The translations under genes and the position numbers were made by a program. Positions 20,384 to 29,284 of a DNA stretch of 33,838 bases are shown here, piece after piece (the first letter of the stretch is position 1; each line of letters starts with the position of its first letter). The notes below the pieces were generated by a model. The model ran no database searches. It was not told the origin of the DNA and saw only the letters and a list, made by a program, of their open reading frames with translations. Source of the DNA: a virus; IMG/VR virus record IMGVR_UViG_3300010266_000005, positions 1 to 33,838 of that record. One strand, written 5' to 3'.

Positions 20384-21568
20384 ATGGCACTTAATTTTTG
20401 GAAGTGGCTCGCCGGAGGCAGGGCTCGTTCTCCCACTACGGTGGAGATCACGTGCCGCGATCTTCTGGCAGCGACGCAGGAATTCCAGCTGCGGGACACC
20501 TGCTTCTGGATCTGCGCGAACATGATCGCCAACGCCGTCGGGCGTTGTGAGTTCCGGACATTCCGGGAAGGAAAGGAAGTTCGGGAGCGCGAACACTATC
20601 TCTGGAACGTAGAGCCGAACGTGAACCAGAACTCCACGGCGTTCCTGCACAAGCTGGTGGCAAAGCTGCTGGTGGACAACGAGGTGCTGGTCATCGGCAC
20701 CCGGCAGCGGGAGGGCTATGACGCGTTGGTCGTGGCGGACAGCTATATGACCGGCGGCAGCTACCCCAGCAAGCAGAACGAGTACACGAACGTGCAGGTG
20801 GGGGACGTGTCCTACGAGAAGACCTTCCGCGAGCGGGAGGTACTGCATCTGACGCTGAACCACTTGGACATCAAGCCGGTGCTGGATGGCCTGTACGGCT
20901 CCTACGTGCGGCTCATCGATGCCGCCATGCGGCGGTATGCGTGGGACAAGGGGCAGCACTGGAAAGTCCACGTGAGTCAGCTGGCCTCCGGCGCGGATGA
21001 CTTCACGCAGAAGTTCTCGCAGATGATCGAAGAACAGGTGAAAACCTTCCTCGACTCTGATGGGGCAGTCTTGCCGGAGTTTGAAGGCTACGCCTATACG
21101 AACGAGGGCGGCAAGGCTGCCGTAGAGCTGTCGGACATCCAGAGCCAGATGAAGGACATCTTTGCGTTCACAGCGAAGGCGTTCCAGATCCCGGCGGTAC
21201 TGGTGGATGGCAGCATCCAAGGCACGGAGGACGCGCAGGGCAGATTCCTGACCGGCTGCATCGATCCCATCTGCGATCAGCTGCAGGAGGAGATCAACCG
21301 CAAGCGGTACGGCTACGACCGGATCCAGCGCGGCGACTATCTCCGCATTGATACCAGCAGCATCCGCCACTTCGATATGTTCGCCAACGCGGCGAATGTG
21401 GAGAAGCTGGTCGGCTCCGGTGTGTTCTCCATCAATGAGGTCTTGCGGGCGGCGGGTCTGCCCGCCATCCCTGAGGACTGGGCGGACAAGCACTATCTCA
21501 CGAAGAATATTGCAACGTTGGGCGCGGAGACCTCCGTGCTCGGCGGCGCGGAAGGAGGAAACGCATGA
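20384..21568 (+). CDS. Portal protein (HK97-type).
   Basis: Size of about 394 aa. Located between TerL and the ClpP-like protease. Confidence 0.8.
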   Translation: MALNFWKWLAGGRARSPTTVEITCRDLLAATQEFQLRDTCFWICANMIANAVGRCEFRTFREGKEVREREHYLWNVEPNVNQNSTAFLHKLVAKLLVDNEVLVIGTRQREGYDALVVADSYMTGGSYPSKQNEYTNVQVGDVSYEKTFREREVLHLTLNHLDIKPVLDGLYGSYVRLIDAAMRRYAWDKGQHWKVHVSQLASGADDFTQKFSQMIEEQVKTFLDSDGAVLPEFEGYAYTNEGGKAAVELSDIQSQMKDIFAFTAKAFQIPAVLVDGSIQGTEDAQGRFLTGCIDPICDQLQEEINRKRYGYDRIQRGDYLRIDTSSIRHFDMFANAANVEKLVGSGVFSINEVLRAAGLPAIPEDWADKHYLTKNIATLGAETSVLGGAEGGNA

Positions 21569-22335
21569 GGAAACCCCTTTGGGAAATCAAGCAGGCCGCG
21601 GAGGGCGTCCTGCAGCTCTACATCTACGGTGACGTAGAAGGCGAGGAGTTCGATTGGGAGAACTGGCGGTTTGTCCAGAGCGACAACAGCGCGGAGCACT
21701 TCCGCGAAGAGCTGGCGAAGCATCCCGACGTGTCGCGCATCGAGATCTACATCAACAGCTACGGCGGCAGCGTCTTTGAAGGCACGGCGATCTACAACCA
21801 GCTGAAGCGCCACCCGGCGCGGAAGGTGGTGCACGTGGACGGCTTTGCTTGCTCCATCGCCTCCGTGATCGCCATGGCGGGCGACGAGGTGATCATGCCG
21901 CGCAACACCCTGATGATGATCCATAACATGTGGGTGTGTGCCTGTGGCAATGCCGCGGAGCTGCGGAAGGCGGCGGATGATCTGGATGTCATCAACACTG
22001 CGGGGCGGCAGGCGTATTTGCAGAAGGCCGGCGACAAGCTGACGGAGGAGCGTCTGTCGGAGATGATGGATGCGGAAACGTGGCTGAACGCTGAGCAGTG
22101 CGTTGAGCTCGGTCTCGCGGATCGCCTTGCCGACACCGACGCTGACATGAGCGGCGCGGCCGCCATCCTGCAGAAGATGAACGCCGGCATGGAGCAGCAT
22201 CTCCGGTATCAGAAGTCGCTGGCGGCGCAGCTCCGCGACCTGGCAGCGGCACCCTCGGTACCTGCGCCCAACAAGGATCCCCAGGGCGGCGGAAGCCCTG
22301 AAAAAAATAACAAAGTTCTCGGATTGTTTTCTTGA
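21565..22335 (+). CDS. ClpP-family head maturation protease.
   Basis: INSYGGSVFEGTAIYNQL, GFACSIASVIAMAGD, and MMIHN (Ser/His catalytic context). Confidence 0.85.
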   Translation: MRKPLWEIKQAAEGVLQLYIYGDVEGEEFDWENWRFVQSDNSAEHFREELAKHPDVSRIEIYINSYGGSVFEGTAIYNQLKRHPARKVVHVDGFACSIASVIAMAGDEVIMPRNTLMMIHNMWVCACGNAAELRKAADDLDVINTAGRQAYLQKAGDKLTEERLSEMMDAETWLNAEQCVELGLADRLADTDADMSGAAAILQKMNAGMEQHLRYQKSLAAQLRDLAAAPSVPAPNKDPQGGGSPEKNNKVLGLFS

Positions 22336-22355
22336 GAATCGAAAGGAGAAAAAGA

Positions 22356-23831
22356 ATGAACAACAACGACATTCGCACCCGCGAGGAACTGCGGCAGGCT
22401 CTCCAGCAGGCTGCCATCTCCGGCGACACCGGCGCGTTCTCTTCCGTCCTGGATGAGATGATGCAGCGCATCAGTCTGGACATTCAGGCCGAGTACGAGC
22501 AGAGGTTTGATGACCTGCGGCAGGAAGTCGATTCCCGCATCCTCGCCCAGCGCGGCGTCCACCAGCTGACCAGCGAGGAGCGCAGCTACTACCAGAAGCT
22601 GGCCGCAGCTATGCGCTCCACCGACCCCCGGCAGGCTGTCACCGGTCTGGATGAGACGCTGCCCAAGACGGTGATTGACTCCGTCTTTGACGAGCTGCAG
22701 ACGGCACATCCCCTGCTGAGCCGCATCAACTTCCGCGCCACCGGCGGCGCCGTCGAGATCATGGTAAACACCAACGGCTATGAGGAGGCCGTGTGGGGCG
22801 AGCTGTGCGACGACATTGTCAAGGAGCTGACCGCTGGCATTAAGAAGATCCCCACCACGCTGCTGAAGCTGTCCGCATTCCTGCCTGTCTGCAAGGCGAT
22901 GCTGGAGCTGGGTGCGGAGTGGCTGGACAACTTCATCCGCCAGACGCTCTATGAGGCTCTGAGCAACGGTATGGAGGCGGGCATTGTCTCCGGCGACGGC
23001 AACAAGAAGCCCATCGGCATGATCCGTCAGGTGGGCGACGGCGTCACCGTCACCGGTGGCGCATACCCCGAGAAGGCTGCCGTCAAGGTGGATGATCTGT
23101 CCCCCCACACTGTGGGCAACCTGCTGTCCATCGTGGCGGCTGATCCCAACGGCAAGCCTCGCCGTGTCCGGGATGTGATCCTGCTGGTGAACCCCCAGGA
23201 CTACCTGCAGAAGGTCATGCCCGCCACCACGCTGATGGCGCCGGACGGCACCTACCGTAACGACGTCCTGCCCTATCCCATGGACATCATCCAGACCCAC
23301 GCACTGCCCCGCGGCAAGGCTGTCATCGGTATCGCTTATCGTTATCTGGCGATGGCAGGCACCTCCCCCGAGGGCCGCATCGAGTACAGCGACCACTACC
23401 GCTTCCTGGAGGACGAGCGCGTCTATCTGATCAAGGCCTACGCCAATGGTATGCCTCTGGATAACAACGCGTTCCTGGTGCTGGATATCTCCGGCCTGAC
23501 GCCCGCCACCTACAAGGTGACGCAGGTGGATCCTCCCGCAGCGTCTACCGACGCCACGCTGACCGCTCTGACCGTGGGCGATCTGGCTCTGGCCCCCGCG
23601 TTCGCCTCCGGCACGCTGACCTACACCGCGACCACCACCAGCGCGTCTGATGTGGTGACCGCTGTGCCTGGCAACGCTGCGGCTGCCATGAAGCTGACCG
23701 TGAACGGCACCGAGATCAACAATGGCACCGCTGCCACGTGGAAGACCGGCAGCAACGCTCTGCAGGTCGTTGTGACCGCTGCTGACGGCACCACCACCAA
23801 GACCTACAAGGTCACCGTCACCAAGTCTTAA
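22356..23831 (+). CDS. Major capsid protein (HK97 fold family) with a C-terminal Ig/cadherin-like beta-sandwich extension.
   Basis: Follows the protease. N-terminal coiled delta-like region. C-terminus ATLTALTVGDLALAPAFASGTLTYTATTT...TTKTYKVTVTKS. Confidence 0.8.
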   Translation: MNNNDIRTREELRQALQQAAISGDTGAFSSVLDEMMQRISLDIQAEYEQRFDDLRQEVDSRILAQRGVHQLTSEERSYYQKLAAAMRSTDPRQAVTGLDETLPKTVIDSVFDELQTAHPLLSRINFRATGGAVEIMVNTNGYEEAVWGELCDDIVKELTAGIKKIPTTLLKLSAFLPVCKAMLELGAEWLDNFIRQTLYEALSNGMEAGIVSGDGNKKPIGMIRQVGDGVTVTGGAYPEKAAVKVDDLSPHTVGNLLSIVAADPNGKPRRVRDVILLVNPQDYLQKVMPATTLMAPDGTYRNDVLPYPMDIIQTHALPRGKAVIGIAYRYLAMAGTSPEGRIEYSDHYRFLEDERVYLIKAYANGMPLDNNAFLVLDISGLTPATYKVTQVDPPAASTDATLTALTVGDLALAPAFASGTLTYTATTTSASDVVTAVPGNAAAAMKLTVNGTEINNGTAATWKTGSNALQVVVTAADGTTTKTYKVTVTKS

Positions 23832-23833
23832 CG

Positions 23834-24148
23834 GTGGCGGGCGCGGTGAACGCCGCGCTGCTGTCGTCCGTCAAGCTCGCCTGCAGCATCACCTGGAGCG
23901 ATGAGGCTACGGACGCCAAGGTGTCCGACCTTATCGCCTCCGGGGAGGCATATATTGACGGGAAGCTCGGCGCGGCCGGGGACTATGAGACCCCCGGGGA
24001 GCCATTGACACTGCTGAAGGAATACGTCCGGTATGGCTTAAGCGACGCTCTGGACGTGTTTGAGTCGAACTACCTAAATCGGCTTCTGGCTATGCAGAAT
24101 GACAGGCAGGTGAGAAATTATGCGGAAGGTACCGTTTCGTCCTGCTGA
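23834..24148 (+). CDS. Head-tail connector (gp6-like).
   Basis: ..DEATDAKVSDLIASGEAYIDGKLG.. pattern and position after the capsid gene. GTG start without a clear RBS. Confidence 0.6.
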   Translation: MAGAVNAALLSSVKLACSITWSDEATDAKVSDLIASGEAYIDGKLGAAGDYETPGEPLTLLKEYVRYGLSDALDVFESNYLNRLLAMQNDRQVRNYAEGTVSSC

Positions 24149-24503
24149 CCGGCAAATCACCCAGCCCTACCGGGACGGCGTGGTCAAGATCTACACCGTA
24201 GCGGACGCCGCCCAGCCCGGATACCAGCCTAAGCCTACACCTACGCTGGTGGAAACGTTGTTCTACGCGGAGCGGCGCGTCGGCCTGCAGCGGTATTACA
24301 GCGGCAAGCAGGCGCAGGTGCAGGTGGAGCGCGTGATCCGGACACAGACGCGGCCCACGGTGAATCCTCAGTGCATCGCTGTCACGGAGGATGGCACGCA
24401 ATACGGCATCGAGCTGGTGCAGCAGCTGCAGGACGTCTACCCGCCGTCCATGGATTTGACGCTCATCCGGATCGAGCAGAAGTATGAGGTGTCCAATGAG
24501 TAA
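24120..24503 (+). CDS. Head closure / head-tail adaptor protein.
   Basis: ITQPYRDGVVKIY......LFYAERRVGLQRYYSGKQAQVQVERVIR is an SPP1 gp16-like pattern. Confidence 0.65.
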   Translation: MRKVPFRPADRQITQPYRDGVVKIYTVADAAQPGYQPKPTPTLVETLFYAERRVGLQRYYSGKQAQVQVERVIRTQTRPTVNPQCIAVTEDGTQYGIELVQQLQDVYPPSMDLTLIRIEQKYEVSNE

Positions 24504-24858
24504 TAAGCGAAATGTGTCCAAATCGGACACCGACAGGACGCCTCTGTGGGCGCAGCGGATCATCGCGGCGCATATCGCCGTGACCGATGCCGTCAGCCAC
24601 GGCGGGCGCATCCAGTCCGACCGTTACCTTGTCTGGCAGGAGGACGGCGCGAACGACTTCGAAGCTGGCGGCGTCCATGCTGAGAAAGCGGTCACCGGCT
24701 CCACAGATCTATTCACGAAGCAGGAGTTTGACCCATGGCGGGATGAGCTGGAGGCCGCCTTTGACGCGGCAGAGATCGTCTGGAGCCTGAACAGCTGCCA
24801 GTTCGAGGAAGAAACCGGCTTCTGGCACTACGAGTGGGACTGGGAGGTGTTTGCCTGA
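24496..24858 (+). CDS. Head-tail joining / tail completion protein (hypothetical).
   Basis: Position in the connector module. Start is ambiguous (24484 or 24496). Confidence 0.5.
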   Translation: MSNKRNVSKSDTDRTPLWAQRIIAAHIAVTDAVSHGGRIQSDRYLVWQEDGANDFEAGGVHAEKAVTGSTDLFTKQEFDPWRDELEAAFDAAEIVWSLNSCQFEEETGFWHYEWDWEVFA

Positions 24859-25343
24859 TGGCGCGGTTCGAGTTCTCCGGCATCAACAACTACATCTCGC
24901 AGCTAAACAAACTGCAGCAGTCCACCAAGGACGGCGTGGTGGGCAAGACGGTCTATGCCGGCGCCGAGGTCGTGGCTGATTCGGTGCGGCGCGCGATACA
25001 GGCTCTGCCTGTGGGCGACGGCCGCGCCCGAGATGGAGGCTTAGTTGACACAGTCACCCTGCCGCAGAAGGCGGGGCTTCTGGATGGCTTTGGCATTAGC
25101 CGCATGAAGGACGACGACGGCTTCATCAACGTCAAGCTGGGCTTTGACGGATACAACTCGACAAAAACCGAAAAGTATCCCAACGGCCAGCCTAATGTCC
25201 TGATTGCCAGATCTGTCAACAGCGGCACTACCTTTCGCAAAAAGACGAAGTTTGTGGACAAGGCCGTGAACTCCGCCAAGAAGGCGGCGGAAGCGGCAAT
25301 GGACGCGGCGTGCAGCCGCGAAATTGAAAAAATCATGAAATAG
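24858..25343 (+). CDS. HK97 gp10-family tail-completion protein.
   Basis: MARFEFSGINNYISQLNKL....KTVYAGAEVVADSVRRAIQ is a typical gp10-family N-terminus. Confidence 0.65.
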   Translation: MARFEFSGINNYISQLNKLQQSTKDGVVGKTVYAGAEVVADSVRRAIQALPVGDGRARDGGLVDTVTLPQKAGLLDGFGISRMKDDDGFINVKLGFDGYNSTKTEKYPNGQPNVLIARSVNSGTTFRKKTKFVDKAVNSAKKAAEAAMDAACSREIEKIMK

Positions 25344-25354
25344 GAGGTGCTGCT

Positions 25355-25963
25355 ATGAGCGCAGCAGGAAAGGTCTGTACGGGCTTCAGCAAGCCCTACG
25401 TGGCCAAATATGCCAACGCTGGCGGCGTGGTCACCTACAGCGGCGTCATGCTGCTGGCGCGTGGCGTCAGCGTGTCCCTGTCCCTGAATACCACGGACGA
25501 AAACACGTTCCACGCCGACAATATCTCCGCGGAGACGGCGGCGGCTGTTTTCGCAGACGGCACCGCCACACTGACCGTTGACGGGCTTCTGGCAGCGGCG
25601 GAGAAGTTTGTCCTCGGCCTGCCTGAGGCCACCGAGGTCCAGGCGGGCGGCAGCGCGGTACAGGTCTCCCACTACGGCGACGGCATGGAGATCCCCTATG
25701 TGGGCATCGGCTTTATCGTCCGCTATCAGAGCGGCGGCGTGGTGACCTACGCGCCCGTGGTGCTGACGAAGGCGCGGTTCCAGCAGCCCGGTCTGGATGC
25801 CGCTACGCAGGAAGAGTCCATCGACTGGCAGACGCAGGAACTGACCGCCACGCTGATGCGCGACGACACCACCAACCACGACTGGAAACTGGTGGGCGCT
25901 GATCAGCCCACTGAGGCAGCCGCTGAGGCTGTCCTCAAGGCGATTCTGGGTGGCGCGGTGTAA
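25355..25963 (+). CDS. Major tail protein.
   Basis: Position upstream of the chaperone and tape measure genes. Strong RBS. Size of 202 aa. Confidence 0.75.
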   Translation: MSAAGKVCTGFSKPYVAKYANAGGVVTYSGVMLLARGVSVSLSLNTTDENTFHADNISAETAAAVFADGTATLTVDGLLAAAEKFVLGLPEATEVQAGGSAVQVSHYGDGMEIPYVGIGFIVRYQSGGVVTYAPVVLTKARFQQPGLDAATQEESIDWQTQELTATLMRDDTTNHDWKLVGADQPTEAAAEAVLKAILGGAV

Positions 25964-25976
25964 GGAGGAGGCGTCT

Positions 25977-26345
25977 ATGCAGATCTACGGCAGAGAAGTT
26001 GGCTTCCGCTTCACGGTGGGCGCCTCCGCTAAGATCTCCGACCTCTGCCCGGACGGCGATATCACCCGTCTGGGGGAGGTACTGGATGGCCAGTATGGGC
26101 AGATCACCCGCGACACGGCAGCCATTATGGCGGCCCTGAGTGAAGGGTACGAGCAGGCGCGCGCCTTCGAGGTGCCTGGCCATAAGCCTGACCCTCTGAC
26201 TGTTGACGAGCTGTTTTCGCTGCGCCCCAGTGAGTTTAACGCTTTGCAGCAGGAGGCGCTGGCGTCCTGGGCGGAGGACAGAAAGCCTACGGTGGAGGTA
26301 GAGCCCGAAAAAAAAGAAAGCGGCAAGGCGCAGGCGTCCAGCTGA
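25977..26345 (+). CDS. Tail assembly chaperone (G-like).
   Basis: Lies between the major tail protein and the tape measure. Acidic C-terminus. Slippery A-run near the 3' end. Confidence 0.75.
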   Translation: MQIYGREVGFRFTVGASAKISDLCPDGDITRLGEVLDGQYGQITRDTAAIMAALSEGYEQARAFEVPGHKPDPLTVDELFSLRPSEFNALQQEALASWAEDRKPTVEVEPEKKESGKAQASS

Positions 26346-26521
26346 ACCTTGCTTGGCTCCTGTTTTACGGGCGAAAGCTAAATATGGGGAGGCAGGAGAT
26401 CATGGTCACGCGATACGGTGAGATGCTGGACATGATCGCCTGCCTCGCCATTTATAACGGGGCTACCCCCAAGAAAAAACAGAAACACTGGACATTTGAC
26501 GAAGCTATGAAAGTGAGGTGA
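25977..26521 (+). CDS. Tail assembly chaperone GT-like fusion made by a -1 programmed frameshift at A AAA AAA (26309-26315).
   Basis: The -1 frame is open from the slippery site to TGA 26519-26521, just before the tape measure ATG at 26526. The extension ...LNLAWLLFYGRKL..TRYGEMLDMIACLAIYNG looks protein-like. Confidence 0.65.
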
Positions 26522-26525
26522 GCCT

Positions 26526-28580
26526 ATGGCTGTGAACATTGGCCCTAAGATCGGCGTAGACGGCGAGGCGGAGTATCGCCGACAGATCAGCCAGATCATC
26601 CAGCAGTCCAAAACGCTGGAGAGCCAGATGAAGCTGGTGGCTTCGCAGTTTACCGCTGCCACGACGGCGGAGGAGAGGAATGCCAAGACCGCCTCCGTAC
26701 TGACCAAGCAGATCGATGTGCAGCGTGAGCGCGTGAAGCTTCTGGCGGAGCAGGCCGGCAAAGCGGCCGCCAAGTACGGCGAGAGCGACGAGAAGACCCA
26801 GAAGTGGCAGCAGGCGCTGAATGAAGCCACTGCCACGCTGAACAAGATGCAGGGCGAGCTGCGCGACGCCTCCAGTGGCGTAGAGGAGCTGGGCGATGAT
26901 ATGCGCGAGGGCAGCGAGAAGGCCTTGTCCTTCGGCGATGTCCTGAAGGCCAACGTCGCTTCTGACTTTATCGTTTCCGGCATCAAGGCCATGGCGTCAG
27001 CCATCAAGGAGGCTGCCGCAGCGCTTGTGGATCTCGGCAAGCAGTCCATTATGGGCTTTGCCGAGCAGGAGCAGCTCATCGGCGGCGTGGATACCCTGTT
27101 CAAGGAGTCCTCCGCGCAGGTGCAGCAGTATGCCAACGACGCTTACAAAACTGCCGGCCTGAGCGCGAACCAGTACATGGAGACGGTGACCAGCTTCTCC
27201 GCATCCCTGCTGCAGTCTCTGGGCGGCGACACGGCTGCGGCGGCTCAGAAGGCCGACCAGGCTATTACGGACATGTCCGACAACGCCAATAAGCTGGGCA
27301 CGGACATGACCAGCATCCAGAATGCCTATCAGGGCTTCGCCAAGCAGAACTACACCATGCTGGACAACCTGAAGCTGGGTTATGGCGGCACTAAACAGGA
27401 GATGGAGCGGCTGCTCGCAGACGCCGAGAAGTTCTCTGGAATCAAGTACGACATTTCCAGCTATGCCGACATCGTGGACGCCATCCACGTGGTGCAGACG
27501 GAAATGGGCATCACGGGAACGACGGCAAAGGAGGCGTCGACCACCATCCAGGGCAGCGCCAATGCCATGAAGTCGGCGTGGAGTAACCTTATCACCGGCA
27601 TGAGCAACGAGAATCTAAACCTGGACAAGCTGGTGCAGAATGTGATCGACAGCGTCAACACCTTCGCAGACAACCTGCTGCCGCGTCTGCAGATCATGCT
27701 GCCGCGCTTTGTTCAGGGTCTCACGCAGTTGATCTCCGGCATGATCCCCTATGTAGCGCCGGCTCTGGAACTTCTCCTACCGCCGCTTGTCGAGGGGGTC
27801 GGCGGTCTGGTATCCGGCATCGTGCAAGCGCTTCCTGCTGCCGTAGAGGCGATAGCCGCGGTCGTGCCGATGCTGGTCGAGCAGATCACGATCCTGCTGC
27901 CGCAGATCCTGAACGCCGGCATTGATATCATTGCCGCCCTTGCGTCGGGCATCGGAGAAAGCCTCCCGGCGCTGATCCCCGCGGCTGTTGACGCCATCAT
28001 CACCGTGGCCGAGGGTCTGGTGGACCATGTGGATGAGATCATCATCGCGGCGGGATCTCTTATCGCAGGCTTGACGCAGGGTCTGATCGAGGCGCTGCCC
28101 CGTCTGGTGGTGCGGCTGCCGGAGATCATCGGCGCCATTGTCAAGGGCCTCCTGTCCGGAATGGCTTCTATCGGTGAAGTCGGGTCGCAGCTGGTTCACG
28201 GCCTATTTGATGGAATCTCCAATGCGGCATCTTGGCTTTATGACAAGCTTCGGGGCTGGGTAAGTGATGTCCTGGGCTGGGTCAAGGGCTTGTTCGGCAT
28301 TCATTCCCCGTCTAAGGTCTTTGCGAATGAGATCGGAAAATTTATCCCGCCCGGCATCACGCTGGGCGTAGAGCAGGCCATGCCGAGGGCTATGCGCGAC
28401 ATGAGCGCAGAGCTGTCCGCGCTGTCGGCGCTGCCCACACGCGGCGGCACGACCACTAACATGGGCGGCGTAGTGCTGAACGTCTACGGCGCTGAGGGGC
28501 AGGATGTCAACGCACTGGCGGATGCTGTTATGTACAAGCTGCAGCACGCGGTGGAGCGCAGAGAGGCGGTGTTTGCATGA
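26526..28580 (+). CDS. Tape measure protein.
   Basis: 684 aa, coiled-coil and Ala/Gly-rich hydrophobic repeats, in the canonical position. Confidence 0.9.
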   Translation: MAVNIGPKIGVDGEAEYRRQISQIIQQSKTLESQMKLVASQFTAATTAEERNAKTASVLTKQIDVQRERVKLLAEQAGKAAAKYGESDEKTQKWQQALNEATATLNKMQGELRDASSGVEELGDDMREGSEKALSFGDVLKANVASDFIVSGIKAMASAIKEAAAALVDLGKQSIMGFAEQEQLIGGVDTLFKESSAQVQQYANDAYKTAGLSANQYMETVTSFSASLLQSLGGDTAAAAQKADQAITDMSDNANKLGTDMTSIQNAYQGFAKQNYTMLDNLKLGYGGTKQEMERLLADAEKFSGIKYDISSYADIVDAIHVVQTEMGITGTTAKEASTTIQGSANAMKSAWSNLITGMSNENLNLDKLVQNVIDSVNTFADNLLPRLQIMLPRFVQGLTQLISGMIPYVAPALELLLPPLVEGVGGLVSGIVQALPAAVEAIAAVVPMLVEQITILLPQILNAGIDIIAALASGIGESLPALIPAAVDAIITVAEGLVDHVDEIIIAAGSLIAGLTQGLIEALPRLVVRLPEIIGAIVKGLLSGMASIGEVGSQLVHGLFDGISNAASWLYDKLRGWVSDVLGWVKGLFGIHSPSKVFANEIGKFIPPGITLGVEQAMPRAMRDMSAELSALSALPTRGGTTTNMGGVVLNVYGAEGQDVNALADAVMYKLQHAVERREAVFA

Positions 28581-29284
28581 TTTTTTGGGCCGGGAGATCC
28601 TCCGATGACGTCCACGTCGTGGTGGAGCGCTACCCCAGCGTGGAGCTGGCCGGGCGCAAGCTGGACACCCAGTCCGTGCCCGGCAGGAACGGCGACCTGC
28701 TGTTCCCGCAGAATGCCTACCAGAACTACGTGCAGTCCTACGAGATCTACGTCAGCGCAGAGCGCATCCGGCTCCCCCGCGCCATGCGGGAGGTGGCCAA
28801 CTGGCTCTGCGGCCCCGCCGGGTACCAGAAGCTGGAGGACAGCTACGACGTGGAGACCTACCGCAGGGCCTACTTCGCAGGGCCGCTGGATGTGGAGAGC
28901 ATCCTGCACCGGTTCGGCAGGGCGACCATTGAGTTTAACTGCCAGCCGCAGCGGTTTCTCCGCGTTGGCGATCTGGCGGTGCAGGCCGTGCAGGGACAGG
29001 TGCTGCTGAATCCTACGGCATTCGCCGCGCTGCCGCTGATCACCGTCACCGGCACGGGAGCCGGCACCCTGACGGTGGGCGATGTGACCGTCACCATCAA
29101 CAGCATGCCTCGCGGCGTGATCGTGCTCGATTCGGACACGCAGAACGCCTACTACGGGGCGTTTAACCTCAACAGCACTATCTCCGCGCCGGAGTTTCCC
29201 ACGCTGCAGGCCGGAGAAAGCGCCGTCCGCTGGACGGGCGGCATTACAGGCGTGGAGATCATCCCGAGGTGGTGGACACTATGA
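28577..29284 (+). CDS. Distal tail protein (Dit).
   Basis: ATGA overlap with the tape measure gene. Size and position fit. Confidence 0.75.
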   Translation: MIFWAGRSSDDVHVVVERYPSVELAGRKLDTQSVPGRNGDLLFPQNAYQNYVQSYEIYVSAERIRLPRAMREVANWLCGPAGYQKLEDSYDVETYRRAYFAGPLDVESILHRFGRATIEFNCQPQRFLRVGDLAVQAVQGQVLLNPTAFAALPLITVTGTGAGTLTVGDVTVTINSMPRGVIVLDSDTQNAYYGAFNLNSTISAPEFPTLQAGESAVRWTGGITGVEIIPRWWTL

